Assembly (NCBI RefSeq): GCF_006345805.1
Contig: NC_043014.1
Location: 50,964,001 to 51,028,000 of the forward strand
Length of the DNA: 64,000 nucleotides
Source of the DNA: Octopus sinensis
Lineage: Eukaryota
Direction of reading: 5' to 3'
Both the position numbers and the translations under genes were made by a program. Each line of letters begins with the position of its first letter. Position 1 is the first letter of the stretch. Positions 12,918 through 27,153 of this stretch are shown one piece after another. A model generated the notes under the pieces. The model was not told where the DNA came from. It saw nothing but the letters and a program-made list of their open reading frames with translations, and searched no databases.

Positions 12918-13383
12918 GTACGAAAATGGCGTTGGAGACGCGATTGAAATGTTTCAAGACATGCCTTTTGCTTTCTGGCCAAACTCAGAGTAACCTCTTC
13001 AAGTATCTGTTGAAGATCAGGGCTTGAGTAAAAAGAGTAATGTTTTCTTATTGTGTGTTTATCGAAAGGTGGACGAGAATGGTAAGAATGGGGCGTCTGA
13101 GTAGGCCTACCCTGCATGTGCTTGTCGAATGAAGACGCCTTAGAAACGGTAAAGTAATCCGGATTATTTTGTATGAAGTTAACCCCGAAAGGCAGATTTC
13201 TTCTTGATCGTTTTTAAAATTTTTCCCATCTTTTGTTATATCTATATCGATTTTCATTTCCTTTTGATCGATAAACTCTCCGCCATGTTTGCCTTGCATT
13301 TCGTCCTTTGAAATCGTTCTCAATACCTTGAGCCTTATGTACCTATCAAAAACACTCCCATATACGCATGTACACACACACAC

Positions 13384-13415
<32 letters not shown>

Positions 13416-14052
13416 CACGCACATATACAGAGGTCCACACACGCAACGATATAGATGAAAGTTAATACATCGACTAGAATATCAATATTTGTATTCATTG
13501 ACAGACTCACTAAGTAAATACGTATATTTGTGTGAGCTCTAAATACATTGACTTACCATTAATCATTAAGAGTAAATATCTCCAAAAGATGTTTATTAAT
13601 TAATCACATTATCTATATCAGTGCCTACACTGCAATATCAAAGCATACAACGCGTTTTAAGTAAATTATATTAAGACTATATTACCCTATTCAAATATGG
13701 TAGTGGCTTTTTAGGGGTATATGTATAATTAAGCTATTAATATAACGTAAGGTTTTTATTAATAAATTAATGAAATAGGCGAGTTTTTACGACTCAGTAT
13801 CTCAATGTCTGGCTCTTCTGGGAATGAGGTCTGAAGAGAATATTTTTGCTTTGAATTCACTTTTACAAAACCGCAACATATTTGTTAGGCCCAGTTTTTT
13901 TTTTGTTGGTATATAAAATTTATATCGTTGCGTCTGCATTTCTCTGTCTCTTCGCGATTTCTCTCTCTATCGCACTCTCTCCCTGTATCTGGATGTTTCT
14001 CTCTCCCTCTCTATTTATATATATACCTTACATATATATGGGTGTGTTTGTT

Positions 14053-14440
<388 letters not shown>

Positions 14441-14464
14441 ATATATATATATACATATTTATAT

Positions 14465-14870
14465 ACTCTTACTCTTTACTCTTTTACTTGTTTCAGTCAT
14501 TTGACTGCGGCCATGCTGGAGCACCGCCTTTAGTCGAGTAAATCGACCCCGGGACTTATTCTTTGTAAGCCCAGTACTTATTCTATCGGTCTCTTTTGCC
14601 GAACCGCTAAGTGACGGGGACATAAACACACCAGCATCGGTTGTCATCAAGCAATGCTAGGGAGACAAACACACAAACACATACATATATATATATATAC
14701 ATATATACGACAGGCTTCTTTCAGTTTCCGTCTACCAAATCCACTCACAAGGCATTGGTCGGCCCGGGGCTATAGCAGAAGACACTTGCCCAAGATGCCA
14801 CGCAGTGGGACCGAACCCGGAACCATGTGGTTGGTTAGCAAGCTACTTACCACATAGCCACTTCTGCGCC
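14465..14870 (-). mobile_element. SINE family A, full length
   Basis: Reverse complement of the 12513 and 38593 copies from tail to ggcgc. Confidence 0.92.
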
Positions 14871-14889
14871 TATATATATATATATAATA

Positions 14890-15008
14890 GGCGCAGGAGT
14901 GCCTGTGTGGTAAGAAGCTTTCTTCCCAACCAATTGGTACCGATTTCAGTCCCATTGCGTAGTACCTTTTGAGTTGATTTGTCACATGGAAACTGAAATA
15001 AGCCAGTC

Positions 15009-15011
<3 letters not shown>
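14890..15011 (+). mobile_element. SINE family A 5' half, internally deleted
   Basis: ggcgcaggagtgcctgtgtggtaag...ggaaactgaaataagccagtcg. Confidence 0.75.
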
Positions 15012-15047
<36 letters not shown>

Positions 15048-15086
15048 TATATACTACACATACATACATTCATATATATACATATA

Positions 15087-15240
15087 TACGTCGGGCTTCT
15101 TTCTGTTTCCGTCTACCAAATCCACTCATAAGGCTTTTATCGGCCCGAGGCTATAGTAAAAGACAATTGCCCAAAGTGCCACGCAGTTGGACTGAACCCG
15201 GAACCATGTGCTTGGTAAGCAAGCTACTTACCATGCAGCC
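15087..15240 (-). mobile_element. SINE family A 5' half
   Basis: tttccgtctaccaaatccactca...gaacccggaaccatgtg...ctacttacc. Confidence 0.85.
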
Positions 15241-16247
15241 TCGTTTAGTGTTGCTTTCCGTATTTTTCTTAATCAGTTTATGTAAAATGCAGATATCGTT
15301 GTAATTCCGAATGTTTATTACGTCAGTTAAAATGGATTTCAACGGCAAATTTAAAGATATGTATGAGATTTAACCGGCGGAAATTTTAGAAAATTCCAAA
15401 TAGAATTTTCACATCGGTCTCTACAAAGATCAAAATAGGTATTCATCCATTTGAATAAGTAGAGAATCACTTCAAATTGCCAGTGCGTCGACCACTCCCC
15501 GTATCTCCAACACGCAAATATCCCATCAAAATCGCTTCTCTGGACTGACCAACAATATTTCCAATTCCTGGTCTCACAGTTTATAATCATTACGCGTAAG
15601 TATCTTATAACATAAGCTGTATTCCTAATAACATCATTTCTTTTAAAACACAAGAAATATTTCCAGTGCCAACAACAGATTATTATTTGCGTATCTCCCT
15701 TGCGACCCGCATCTAACAAGCTCCTGCAACGGCAACCGTTACCAACATCCTTTAAATTTTCCATCTGTTTATGGATACTTAAAAGTAGCTCGGGCACTAA
15801 ATTCTTGAATTTCCTTCAGTTAAAATCTGTCTTCACAACGTACATAGCCGGAAGAAATAACGCATAGCATTTTGTCCGGCACTTGGAAGATTTAGCCACT
15901 CCGTAGTCGTCCCCACCGACAGGAATATAAAAGACTTTTAAAACTATTGGCTTTTCAACTGACATCGTAAAAATCATAACAAAGATATACACAAACACAA
16001 TCACATACAGACACTCCCCCCTCCCTCCCCACACACACAACTATTTAGCCCAATCTCTGGCCTTGTGACGTACGGTTCCGTGGTTATGTCTTTTCAGTCG
16101 CTACGATAATGGTATCTGCTCTTTGAGTTGGCTTTTCTCTTACTGCTCTATGGGTCCTCACTCATTTTACACTTATGCCCTCTTCTTTGCACCTATCCTA
16201 TATCAGACTCTTCTGGGCGCCACCAGGGTATAGCTATTATTATTATT

Positions 16248-16479
16248 GGCGGCGAGCTGGCAGAAACGTTAGCACGCCGGGCGAAATGCTTAGCCGTATT
16301 TCGTCTGCCGTTACGTTGTGAGTTCAAATTCCGCCGAGGTCGACTTTCCCTTTCATCCTTTCGGGGTCGATAAATTAAGTACCAGTTACGCACTGGGGTC
16401 GATATAATCGACTTAATCCGTTCGTCTGTCCTTGTTTGTTCCCTTCTGTGTTTAGCCCCTTGTGGGTAGTAAAGAAACA
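16248..16479 (+). mobile_element. SINE family C, full-length monomer followed by (ATT)n
   Basis: ggcggcgagctggcagaaacgttagc head, gagttcaaattcc B-box, central tttcatcctttcggggtcgataaa block (MetaSINE-like from memory, unverified), tail gcccttgtgggtagtaaagaaa. Confidence 0.9.
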
Positions 16480-17040
16480 AATTATTATTATGATTATTAT
16501 TATTATTATTATTATTATTTTTTTTTATTTTTTTTTTTTTTACTTCATATGAGCACGCTAGCAAGAAAAGCATCGAACATTTTAAACCACATCATCTCAC
16601 GTGTAGAGCCCCCTTACCTGTATAGAGACAAACTGGGCTTCGATGCTTGTCTGTCAGTAGAAATATTCCAGACCATTCTGGAAAATACGGTTAATTATTT
16701 AGGTTATAAGTCTATCTAGAGAGAGATATATAGATTGTTTGATGGTGGCTATAAGCCGAATTAGATGTGAAAAACAAACAATTAAAGAAAAATCTTATTG
16801 TTTCGCCGAATTTCAATGCTAATCAAGCGGACTTGTGATCAAAGAAATGCTGTAAGAGCTATATATAATAGCATCAAAAGATCATATATATATATATACG
16901 TGCATTTGCGTGTGCATGTGTTTGTGTGTGTGCGTGTGTGTGTGTGTGCGTGTGTATGGGAGTGGGTGTGTGTATGTATGTATGTATGTATCTATTTATG
17001 TATCAATGTATATATATATATGTATATATATATATTCTTT

Positions 17041-17175
17041 TACCTGTTTCTGTCATTTGATATCAGGACTTATTCTCTGTAGGCCTAATACCTATTCCAT
17101 CGGTCTCCTTTACCAAACCGCTAGGTTACGCGGACGTAAACACACCAACATTGGTTAGCAAAGGATGGTGAGGGA

Positions 17176-17200
<25 letters not shown>
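17041..17200 (-). mobile_element. SINE family A 3' half, diverged
   Basis: ggacttattct...ccatcggtctc...aaccgctag...ggacgtaaacacacca. Confidence 0.7.
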
Positions 17201-17219
<19 letters not shown>

Positions 17220-17339
17220 CATGCATTCATCTGTATATATATATACATATATGCATATGTGCGTGTGCATATAAAGTAGAGAGAGAGAAAGAGAGACAGC
17301 GAGAGAGAGAGAGAGAGACAGAGAAAGAGAGGGAGAGAG

Positions 17340-17885
17340 AACGGAAAAGGTAGACAGTTCGGTTAGAAAGAATGTGATGGAATGTTTAATTGCGGAGATT
17401 TTGAAACGATTCTTAATTATATAATTATCCAACCGAGCTTTGATAAATTGTCGAAACCCGTGTTTCCAGTTCCGTGACACGAATTTCTTTCGGCCATAGT
17501 CAGAAAAATAATTATTACAAAATAGACATCTCGCTGAATGGTCGATGCAACAGATTAATTACGGTGAACATTTTGGCTTTGTCTTACTGTTCCCACCAGC
17601 ATAGACGTTTACATTCATTACTTTTCTTTTGGTGATATATTTTGTTGTGTGTCATGGTTTATAACATGTCAATAGATTTTAAATTCCGCTTCAAATGCCG
17701 CGAACAAGTTTTTAAAGGCCTGACATTTCAGAGTATTTTTCAAAGGTACCTATCAGTCACATGGATTCTGGTGTGACCTCTTTCAGATAGAATGTTAGGT
17801 AAGAGACCTCTACCATGGAATCTGTTTTATTCTCTCTTGACCAGAAATGACCTGAACTCTTTGTATGACCACCCTCCTTGTACAT
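17340..17885 (-). mobile_element. Decayed mariner-like remnant
   Basis: TIR-like gagggtggtcatacaaagagttc on the minus strand at about 17850-17875 and HTH-like traces (LFAAFEAEF); weak. Confidence 0.3.
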
Positions 17886-19094
17886 AACTCCCTGTCCCCC
17901 TACATGACCTTGCTTTTGCTTTTTGAGCCAATAAAAATTGAACTGAAAATTAATTTGATTCGTGACCAAAATAGACACCGCATAGTTCCCCGCACAAAGA
18001 ATCTTTACGGTATGTGTTTCCGTGCGTACGATTATGTTTCGGCGTATCATTAAGGCTTGGTCAAGCATATATACTGTAAGGTATGTGTTCCGAATTATGA
18101 AACTTCTACTTTATTGTAATTAGTGAATATAAGCCTTCCTGGATATATAAATAGTTAACAGTCAACCTCTTGTGTGGGGCAATCTTTATCACTTATTAAC
18201 CCGGTGCTCTCTTTGTGACTTGTGATCGATATACCAACGATTTTCCAGTCCCTGCTATGTTGCACTGTATGCATACAATTAATCGAAATCATATTTTCGT
18301 TCCATTGTTCTTTTTTATGTCGTCGGTCCATAAACCCATTAAATAGCTTCTTGCTATCTTTCCCTGCCTGTAGGGGTGTTCTAGGCACATTGTTGGTCCA
18401 AAATATGGCAGCTTTTTGGAACTTAATCTCGACGATTGGTACTTTCTGACATTCAATACTGCTGTGTTTGTTTCGCTGGTTTTCTAGTTTATCCCGCCCT
18501 ATGGGAAAATGATTTACGTTTCAAAGGCTTCTGCCTTATCCCCATTTCATTCTGTTTCAACAAGTTTGAAACGTGAATTAGAGTGAGAAGCGGTTTCATG
18601 TGAATTTTCATCTGAAATTGATGATGTGGCTATAATGCATAAACGTTCAATTATTGATATGGAAATAAGTAGAACAAGGGAAAAACGTAAATTCAAACTG
18701 CTAAAACAACTTCATCCAGGAAAGGACAATTAAGCATAATTTTTCATCATGGTTATTTTTCTAATATAAAGCAAAAATAAAATACGTTTTGAGAACAGAA
18801 AAAGAAAGGTGAGAATTTTCTTTGGACAGAAAATATTTCAGATTTAATCCTCCATAGAGTATTGGTACACAGTAGAAACTTCGGGAAAGAAAATATGCAA
18901 ACTCTGTTAAAAGTTTTGGAAGCTATGAAGCACGAATTGGGCAATAACTTGGGAAAAGTTTAGGGACATGCTATTTGGATATAAATATGTAGAGATTCTT
19001 GTTCTTTTCATTTCTGCGTAGATTCTTACTTTTTAATAACTTCTAGCATATAATGAATTAGTTTATAGAAAAATTGTTAAAAATGTGCACGACT

Positions 19095-19164
19095 TATTAT
19101 ATATATATTATATACATATTTTATATATTTGTGATATAGTATAATATATGTGTTATATATATAT

Positions 19165-19204
<40 letters not shown>

Positions 19205-19348
19205 TATATATATATTGATATATATATATATATACAGATATATATATACATATATAGAAGTTGATATATATATCACTATATATATATTTACATATTTGTA
19301 TATATGTATATATTTCTGTATGTATATATGTATATATGTATATATGTA

Positions 19349-19403
<55 letters not shown>

Positions 19404-19468
19404 CATATATATACACATATATATATCACATATATATACACATATATATATGTGTGTGTGTGTGTGTA
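19095..19468. repeat. Degenerate (TA)n/(TG)n array
   Basis: Direct inspection. Confidence 0.95.
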
Positions 19469-20382
19469 AATAAGACAGCAATGTTAACTTACTTCATAAC
19501 AGATGCTGCTTGAAAACGAATGAGCGCATACATCTCTCAACGGAGTAAGAAATGAAAACTATTGGAAAATATTAATAAATAATTCCATGCAACATATAAT
19601 TTAATAAACTTTGCCAAATTTCTATGTTATTAATTCAGTCGTTTTTGATAAACTGAATTTTATTAAATCTAGTTAATATGGAAGAACCTGAAATTCCGCT
19701 ATTCTGTAAAATATAATGTTAAACGTGACATCTTTCAGATAGGACGTCAGGGCACATATTCTTACACACTGAGTAAAAACGTAGGCTGCACCTCAAATGA
19801 ATGGCTTCAAATTGGAAATGAAATGTGGGTGTGATCTTTATTTTTACATAAGGAGACTGCCATGCTCCAAAAGATACTGTGAGTAATATCCCTCACACTA
19901 TCTTTCTTGGATTAATGTTCATACACTCTCTCTCTCATATACATACGTGTATATCTCTTTTATAAAATCCGTTCTGTCTGTCTTTAGGTGAAATCCTTAT
20001 ACTGCTTGCTTCATCCAACTTGGTTATGTCCTTTGCAATTCTTTATGATCCTTATAAATTCTTTCAACATTCATAGACTTTACAATTCTGTATAATTCTT
20101 TCAAACAATTTCTTTATTTCATTACATTTGCCATAAAGGCAGTACATAGAGTAGCTTTGCGGGCTGGACAAGGACATTAATGAAATGAATGATAATGAAA
20201 GAAAGATGGTAAGGATGGGACAGAAGACAAAAAGCGCCCGCCGACTTCTGCTTCTCTAAAACATTGTTCTTTAAAACCAATGACAAAACGAGGTATTAAA
20301 CCTCTTACAACTTTTACAACTTTTCAAGTTTTGGACTTAACAGTCCATTACAAACAACAACGTAGTTCAATAATTACATATA

Positions 20383-20693
20383 ATCACCGTGATCACCGTG
20401 ACCGACCAGGCCATCAGATGTTGTTACACATCGCTGGTAACAATGCGCTTCACATTGTTTTAGCCTTCAAATGACGCCACCCCGCTGGCTAAACGAGCAG
20501 GCCAACAGAAGAAAGAGTGAGAGAAAGTTGTGGCGAAAGAGTACAGCAGGGATCGCCACCACCCCCTGCCGGAGCCTCGTGGTGCTTTAGGTGTTTTCGT
20601 TCAATAAACGCTCACAACGCCCGGTCTGGGAATCGAAACAGCGATCCTACGACCGCGAGTCCGCTGCCCTAACCACTAGGTCATTGCGCTTCC
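20383..20693 (-). mobile_element. SINE family B, full length (tail type 1)
   Basis: Reverse complement of 3063-3370; imperfect TSD aattacatata / aattacttata. Confidence 0.92.
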
Positions 20694-21909
20694 ACAATTA
20701 CTTATAATATAAATACAATACACAAAGCCCCTCCTCCCAGACTTCTTTCAAACAATTTCTTAATACACCCCAGTCCTCTATACTTAACCTATATGATATT
20801 AATTGAGTTGCTTTATTCTGAGTTGTAATGTGTCAATATTAGCTAATAAAAACGTTGGAATTCTTGGTTTTCCGTTTTTCTTAATGCGACTACCGCTTCT
20901 GTTTTTTCTTTGGACTTGTAAACTCGTAGCAGCAATACTACCGTTCTAAATTTCGATTAATTGATATAAATGTCTGTCCTTTTTATCTTTTATGTTGACG
21001 TTGGTTATAGCCTCAGCTACTTCCATTAGACTGGTATAAACAATTCTATGATTAGATCAACACCGTCTTCTGGTCAATAGTGTAGTCCACTTCGTCGATT
21101 ATAATTATTCTATTCTGTTTGTAATTAAGCATTTATAAATGAAGATTGCTGTCCTCGTGAATATTGCTTTCTTTCTATTTTATTTAATTTCTTTCCTTCT
21201 CCTTTTCCTCTCTTTCTTTTTCCTTCCTTCTCTTCTGAAGTGTTGCTGAGATTTTCTATTCTCTGCGGTGTTTTCGTTAAATGAATTTCTCAGAATAATA
21301 AGGAGCATAAATCCCATTTGTTGACCCTAATATTTAACTGCTCCACGTTTATCAACAATAATTCAGAAACACACTAAGTAAGACTTCAATTTATTGCCCA
21401 TATCGCTCCTCTGATGTTCCAAAAGATATAATACACGGATATATTTTGGAAACCTATATCGGCAAATGACTTGTACAATGTTTCGACGTGGTCAAATACC
21501 ATGCTTGACGCCTTCTATCAGCTGGTATATAAGAGAGATTTCTAAGCGCCCGATTCTGTTTCACGACATATTTAGATTCGATATGGTTTCAATGGTTCTA
21601 TCATTTACAACATTACTCTCATGAATGACTGGTTTTAGTACCAACCACATTGCAGTTGTTAAATGTTGGTAACTCTCATTGGGAATGTCTCTTGGCGATA
21701 AACTGTTAATTAATCAGACTGTCCCTGTTTGCATCTACATTTAGTAAGCCTCATGAGTTTAGGACTGAGTAACATGCTGCATAAGGTCAAGGATGGTGTG
21801 CCCATTATCTATTTAAAATGTACCGTCTTTATATATATGTATATATGTATATGGGTGTGTGTAGTATAGATGATATATATTATATATATAGATATATTAT
21901 ATCTATATG

Positions 21910-21963
<54 letters not shown>

Positions 21964-22594
21964 TATGGAGAGAGTGAGAGAGAGAGAGAGAGGAGGAGAG
22001 AGAGGAGGAGAGAAAGTTATCCACGCCCAACTCATAAGGGAAACTATAGAATGAAACCAGTGAATTGCTGAGAAATGATGGAAGTTAAAAGACTCTCAAA
22101 TTAAAGAACTTTCTGTTACTTGATGGGCACTTCAATTTGTTTTTTTTTCTGTATTTCTCCCACACATTTGTTCTGCCATATAAACGGAATAAGTTTTGGT
22201 TTGCAATCTGCGTATATTTTATAACGTAGGTGTACAGCAAAAAAACTGACAACAGCGATATTCGTATTGTGCTAAGGAACGCTGACGTATATGAGTAACT
22301 GTTGAAAAGTGCCCAGCAACGGCATTGTTATGTCTATAAAACGTTATTTGTTGCGCGTTTGTGGGTCATCCGTTGCAAGTGTCAAATCCCAAGGCGATCG
22401 GTATACAAGCTTCGTCGTAACTGATATATACATACATACATACATACATATATATGCGGTGCATCAGCATGGCCGCAGCTCTGAGTTGAAAGAAGAAAAA
22501 AAATATATATATACACATATTAATAATAATAATATGACAAAAAAAGATTGAACGAGACCTCAATATTATGAAAAATAGAGGAATTTATTTATAG

Positions 22595-22765
22595 ATATAA
22601 TATGTGACATTTCTTTGGTTATCATAATGAAATTCAGAGTTTCGGATATTGGGGGTGAAGTCTGTTCCCACATCTCATCAGGATAGATGCCGGAGCAGGA
22701 TCCAGTCCCGGTATCCAAAACTCTAAGTTTTATTATGACAACCAACTAATTGTCACATATTATAT
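22595..22765 (-). ncRNA. Foldback element containing a type III hammerhead-like fold (probably degenerate)
   Basis: 48-bp terminal inverted repeat (41/48 by eye); CUGAUGA at 22681-22675 and GAAAC at 22643-22639 on the minus strand, with candidate stems I and II. Site GUU; pairs next to the core are broken. Confidence 0.45.
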
Positions 22766-22915
22766 ATACATATATATATATATGTATATATATACATACA
22801 TACATATATATATATACATACATACACACACATATATATATATTATACAACATCATGCATATATATATATATATGCATACATACACAAGTCAATCATGCA
22901 ACATGCATATATATA

Positions 22916-22964
<49 letters not shown>

Positions 22965-23080
22965 GTATATACATACATAATTCTATATATATATACATAC
23001 TACACACGCATATATATATATATACATACATACATGCATAATATATATATATGCATACATACACAGTACAAACTCATTCA

Positions 23081-23116
<36 letters not shown>

Positions 23117-24000
23117 CATATATAGTATATATATAATATCATATATATATATATATATAATAATATACATATACATAAAACAATGATTAATAAACCACTG
23201 GTGTTGTACAAAACCTGTACAGTCTTCTCCTTTTTATTAAACTGGAACAGTTTGGTTTTATTCCAGTATTATCTACACTACCTGCCTGGTGTATTTTCTA
23301 TTCCTCCTTCATAACTGCGAACCGTAGTGGGCCAATGAGATAGAATTTATATGTGTAGCACCTGTTTGGAAGCTACAGCGTGATTTTATATATCGAATCT
23401 AAGCTAATTTCATGATAGTAAAATTTTCTTTACATAGAATTTTCGTCACGTTATAACTATGAACATTTATCTGAATCTACAAGTTTGCGATCTATAGAGA
23501 TTTTCTTTAAATCATTTGCTGTTGCGCGTACAATACAAAGTTTAGGAGAAGGCATGAATTAGCGTTCTTTCATTGCGATGGACTTGTAATCCTTGAGTCT
23601 ACGTGTGTGTGTGTGTGTGTATGTGTGCGTGTAGTTGTAAATTAGTATGATTTTCTGGTGGTGTGCAATTAAATTTAATTATCATGTTCTTTCCGTTAAA
23701 ACATATCTACAGGGATCTTTGCTACGTCAATTAAAACTAGAATATGTTTTTAATTAGAGTGAAAATACTTTTACTATTTTACATTATATACATACGCATA
23801 CAAGTATATAGACATATGTATGCTGCTTACATTTCTTTCTGTGCGTACGAATAACCACACACACACATATCTAAATATAATTATATGTGTGTGTGTACGA
23901 GTCTACATACACACACACACACACATACACACACACAAACACACACATACATATATATATATATAAATATATTATTAAATCTCTCTCCTTATATATATGC

Positions 24001-24038
<38 letters not shown>

Positions 24039-24240
24039 TTTGTGTATATATGCACGAATATATATATATATGTACACCTTTATATATATTCATACATATA
24101 TATATATACATATGTGTGTGTGTGTGCGTGTGTGTATGTGCGTGTGTTTGTATATATATATGAATATGCATATATATGCATATATATACACATACATACA
24201 TATATATCCAATATATCCAATATATTACTACAAATAAATA
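22766..24240. repeat. TA/TACA/TG microsatellite fields at about 22766-23172 and 23870-24240 with unique DNA between
   Basis: Direct inspection. Confidence 0.85.
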
Positions 24241-24984
24241 TATCACCTGGACATAATGCATTTTTTCGAAATTGTAATATATTCTGTTGCTAACTGGTGA
24301 ACAAAAAAAAATCGATATTCGATAATATTACTAGAAATATCATACGAATATTTACCAAGATATGTGAAGTAAATATGTTATATATGTGCTTTTCATTGCA
24401 AAACATTATTTTACGTGATTTTTATATGTCTATTTAATATATAGCGTCAAAATGTGTACGCAACACGTTTACACACACATTAATTCGTATACTCAAAGTC
24501 AAATAACGATGTGCTTATTCATATACAGACTCATAACGTGGCACCATCATTCGCGGAAGCGTGTGACTTGTTATTTTACCGTTCTGCAATACTGAATTGC
24601 ATATATTCATGCATATATGAATACGTACGCACATGCATATCATATGTATATGTCAAAATTAATCAAAGGACATACCAAGTGTGCCTACCTGCTGGAAATA
24701 ACAGCCAAAGCTTATTTTGGCGATTTAAATAAGAGTTTTGACTTATTTGCAGCAGGTAGTCATACATAGTCTGTCATTTGATTAAGTTTAATCCTTTAGT
24801 TATTTAATGACTTTTTGCGGGGGCTTGCAATCTCTTATATTTTTGATTCTCTCCTACATATGTGACATTATATATATATATATATATATATAGATATATG
24901 TATATATATATATATGTATGTATATATATATATATATATATATATACATAGATATATATATATATATATATAGATATATATATA

Positions 24985-25639
<655 letters not shown>

Positions 25640-25651
25640 TATATATATATC

Positions 25652-25735
<84 letters not shown>

Positions 25736-26985
25736 TCCAGAAAATTAACTTTTCCCAAGTGTGGAAATCGGTATGATAGTTACGGTGATGAAAATACTCA
25801 TCTATTTCCTAAAATTATAAATGGTTAGGAAGTACTTGGTGGCATTCAATCGGTTTTAATTTCCATGGTTCTTAATCAAAATAACAGAATGTAAACCAGA
25901 AACAACGAATTAGGTGAAAGCGCTCTGCCCTATTGTATTGCACAAAGTAATTTTTACAAATGTTTTACGAGTTATTGTGGACTGCCACTAATATTCTTTA
26001 GATATCACACTAGACATATTTTGATTTTGATAAACCCGAAAACCACATAAAAGAAACTGAAGTGAAACATCGGAGAATTTTACCTTTTGATTAACATATG
26101 AAGAGAAGACCTTTGCCATGTAGCATTTGACGTAATGTTTGAAATTAATTATCTTAAAGGAAGATGGGCGACCATGATTTCACTGAACTGATGTATTGAT
26201 TGCCACTTCATTACTATATTCCATGGCATTAGTGTAATTAAAATCAGTAATGATACCGTTATTAATATGGAGAGTGGCGATAACGTTAAGGTATTTAATT
26301 GTCTTCGTGATTCTGAAGCTCTCGATTCCGAGAGAAATTTAACTTTAGTGCGAGATTACCACATCTAAATCAAAGCATTGTTTCCCTTATGTTGCGGTTT
26401 ATAACAGTTCATATTAAATTGATGCTTGGAAGTGTTGGTGTGGATTTTATTCACACACGATATATAAAGATTTCAAGATATCAGCTTATAGACTTCTCTC
26501 TCTAGTAGAAATTACGGTCAAAACTACGGGAAATGACGCAATGACACATGAAATAGAAAGAAAGAAAATACACTTATGTAAACATGTAGTACAACAGGAA
26601 AGGAATTAGGATGGGTATGTAAACAACAGACACACACAAGCACGCACAGTCACACACACGTACACACACGAGCACACATGAACTATATACTATGAACTAT
26701 ATATGGACAAACACATATTCTGTGAGTACGATACCTCTCATCAGATCTCCAGGAATCAAACTTTCTTCAATATGGATAAACTCACACCCTCACTTCCATC
26801 TTCACTTTCTGGAAAACTAAGAGGTTTTGAAAACATTTTTTAAAAACCTGATATATGACTGTGTAATACTAATAGAACTTTTAGAAACCAATTTGTTATC
26901 TAAATCTCATTTTTATAGAACTTTCCATGATGTTTCACGAGTGTAACATCACCCCCTTTGATGTTTGGGAATCTCAGATGTTTTT

Positions 26986-27069
26986 TCGGCTGATGAGTAC
27001 GAGTCACCTATATTTACTGCAATTTTTTAGCCTTATTAAAGATGTCTTCGTACGAAACAATTGTACCGA
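26986..27069 (+). ncRNA. Type I hammerhead ribozyme, canonical core
   Basis: UCGG-CUGAUGA-GUACGAG[43 nt]UUCGUAC-GAA-AC-AAUU-GU-A^CCGA: all core nucleotides present, stem I 4 bp, stem II 6 bp plus G-U, palindromic helix III ACAAUUGU. Confidence 0.8.
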
Positions 27070-27099
27070 TATATTGATCTATTCTTGTTGCTTTTTTTC

Positions 27100-27153
<54 letters not shown>

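Noticed and set aside
18100-21800. Coding-looking decayed stretches at about 18100-19000 and 20850-21750 (minus)
   Set aside because: Probably old transposon or LINE ORF1 debris, but no motif could be assigned.
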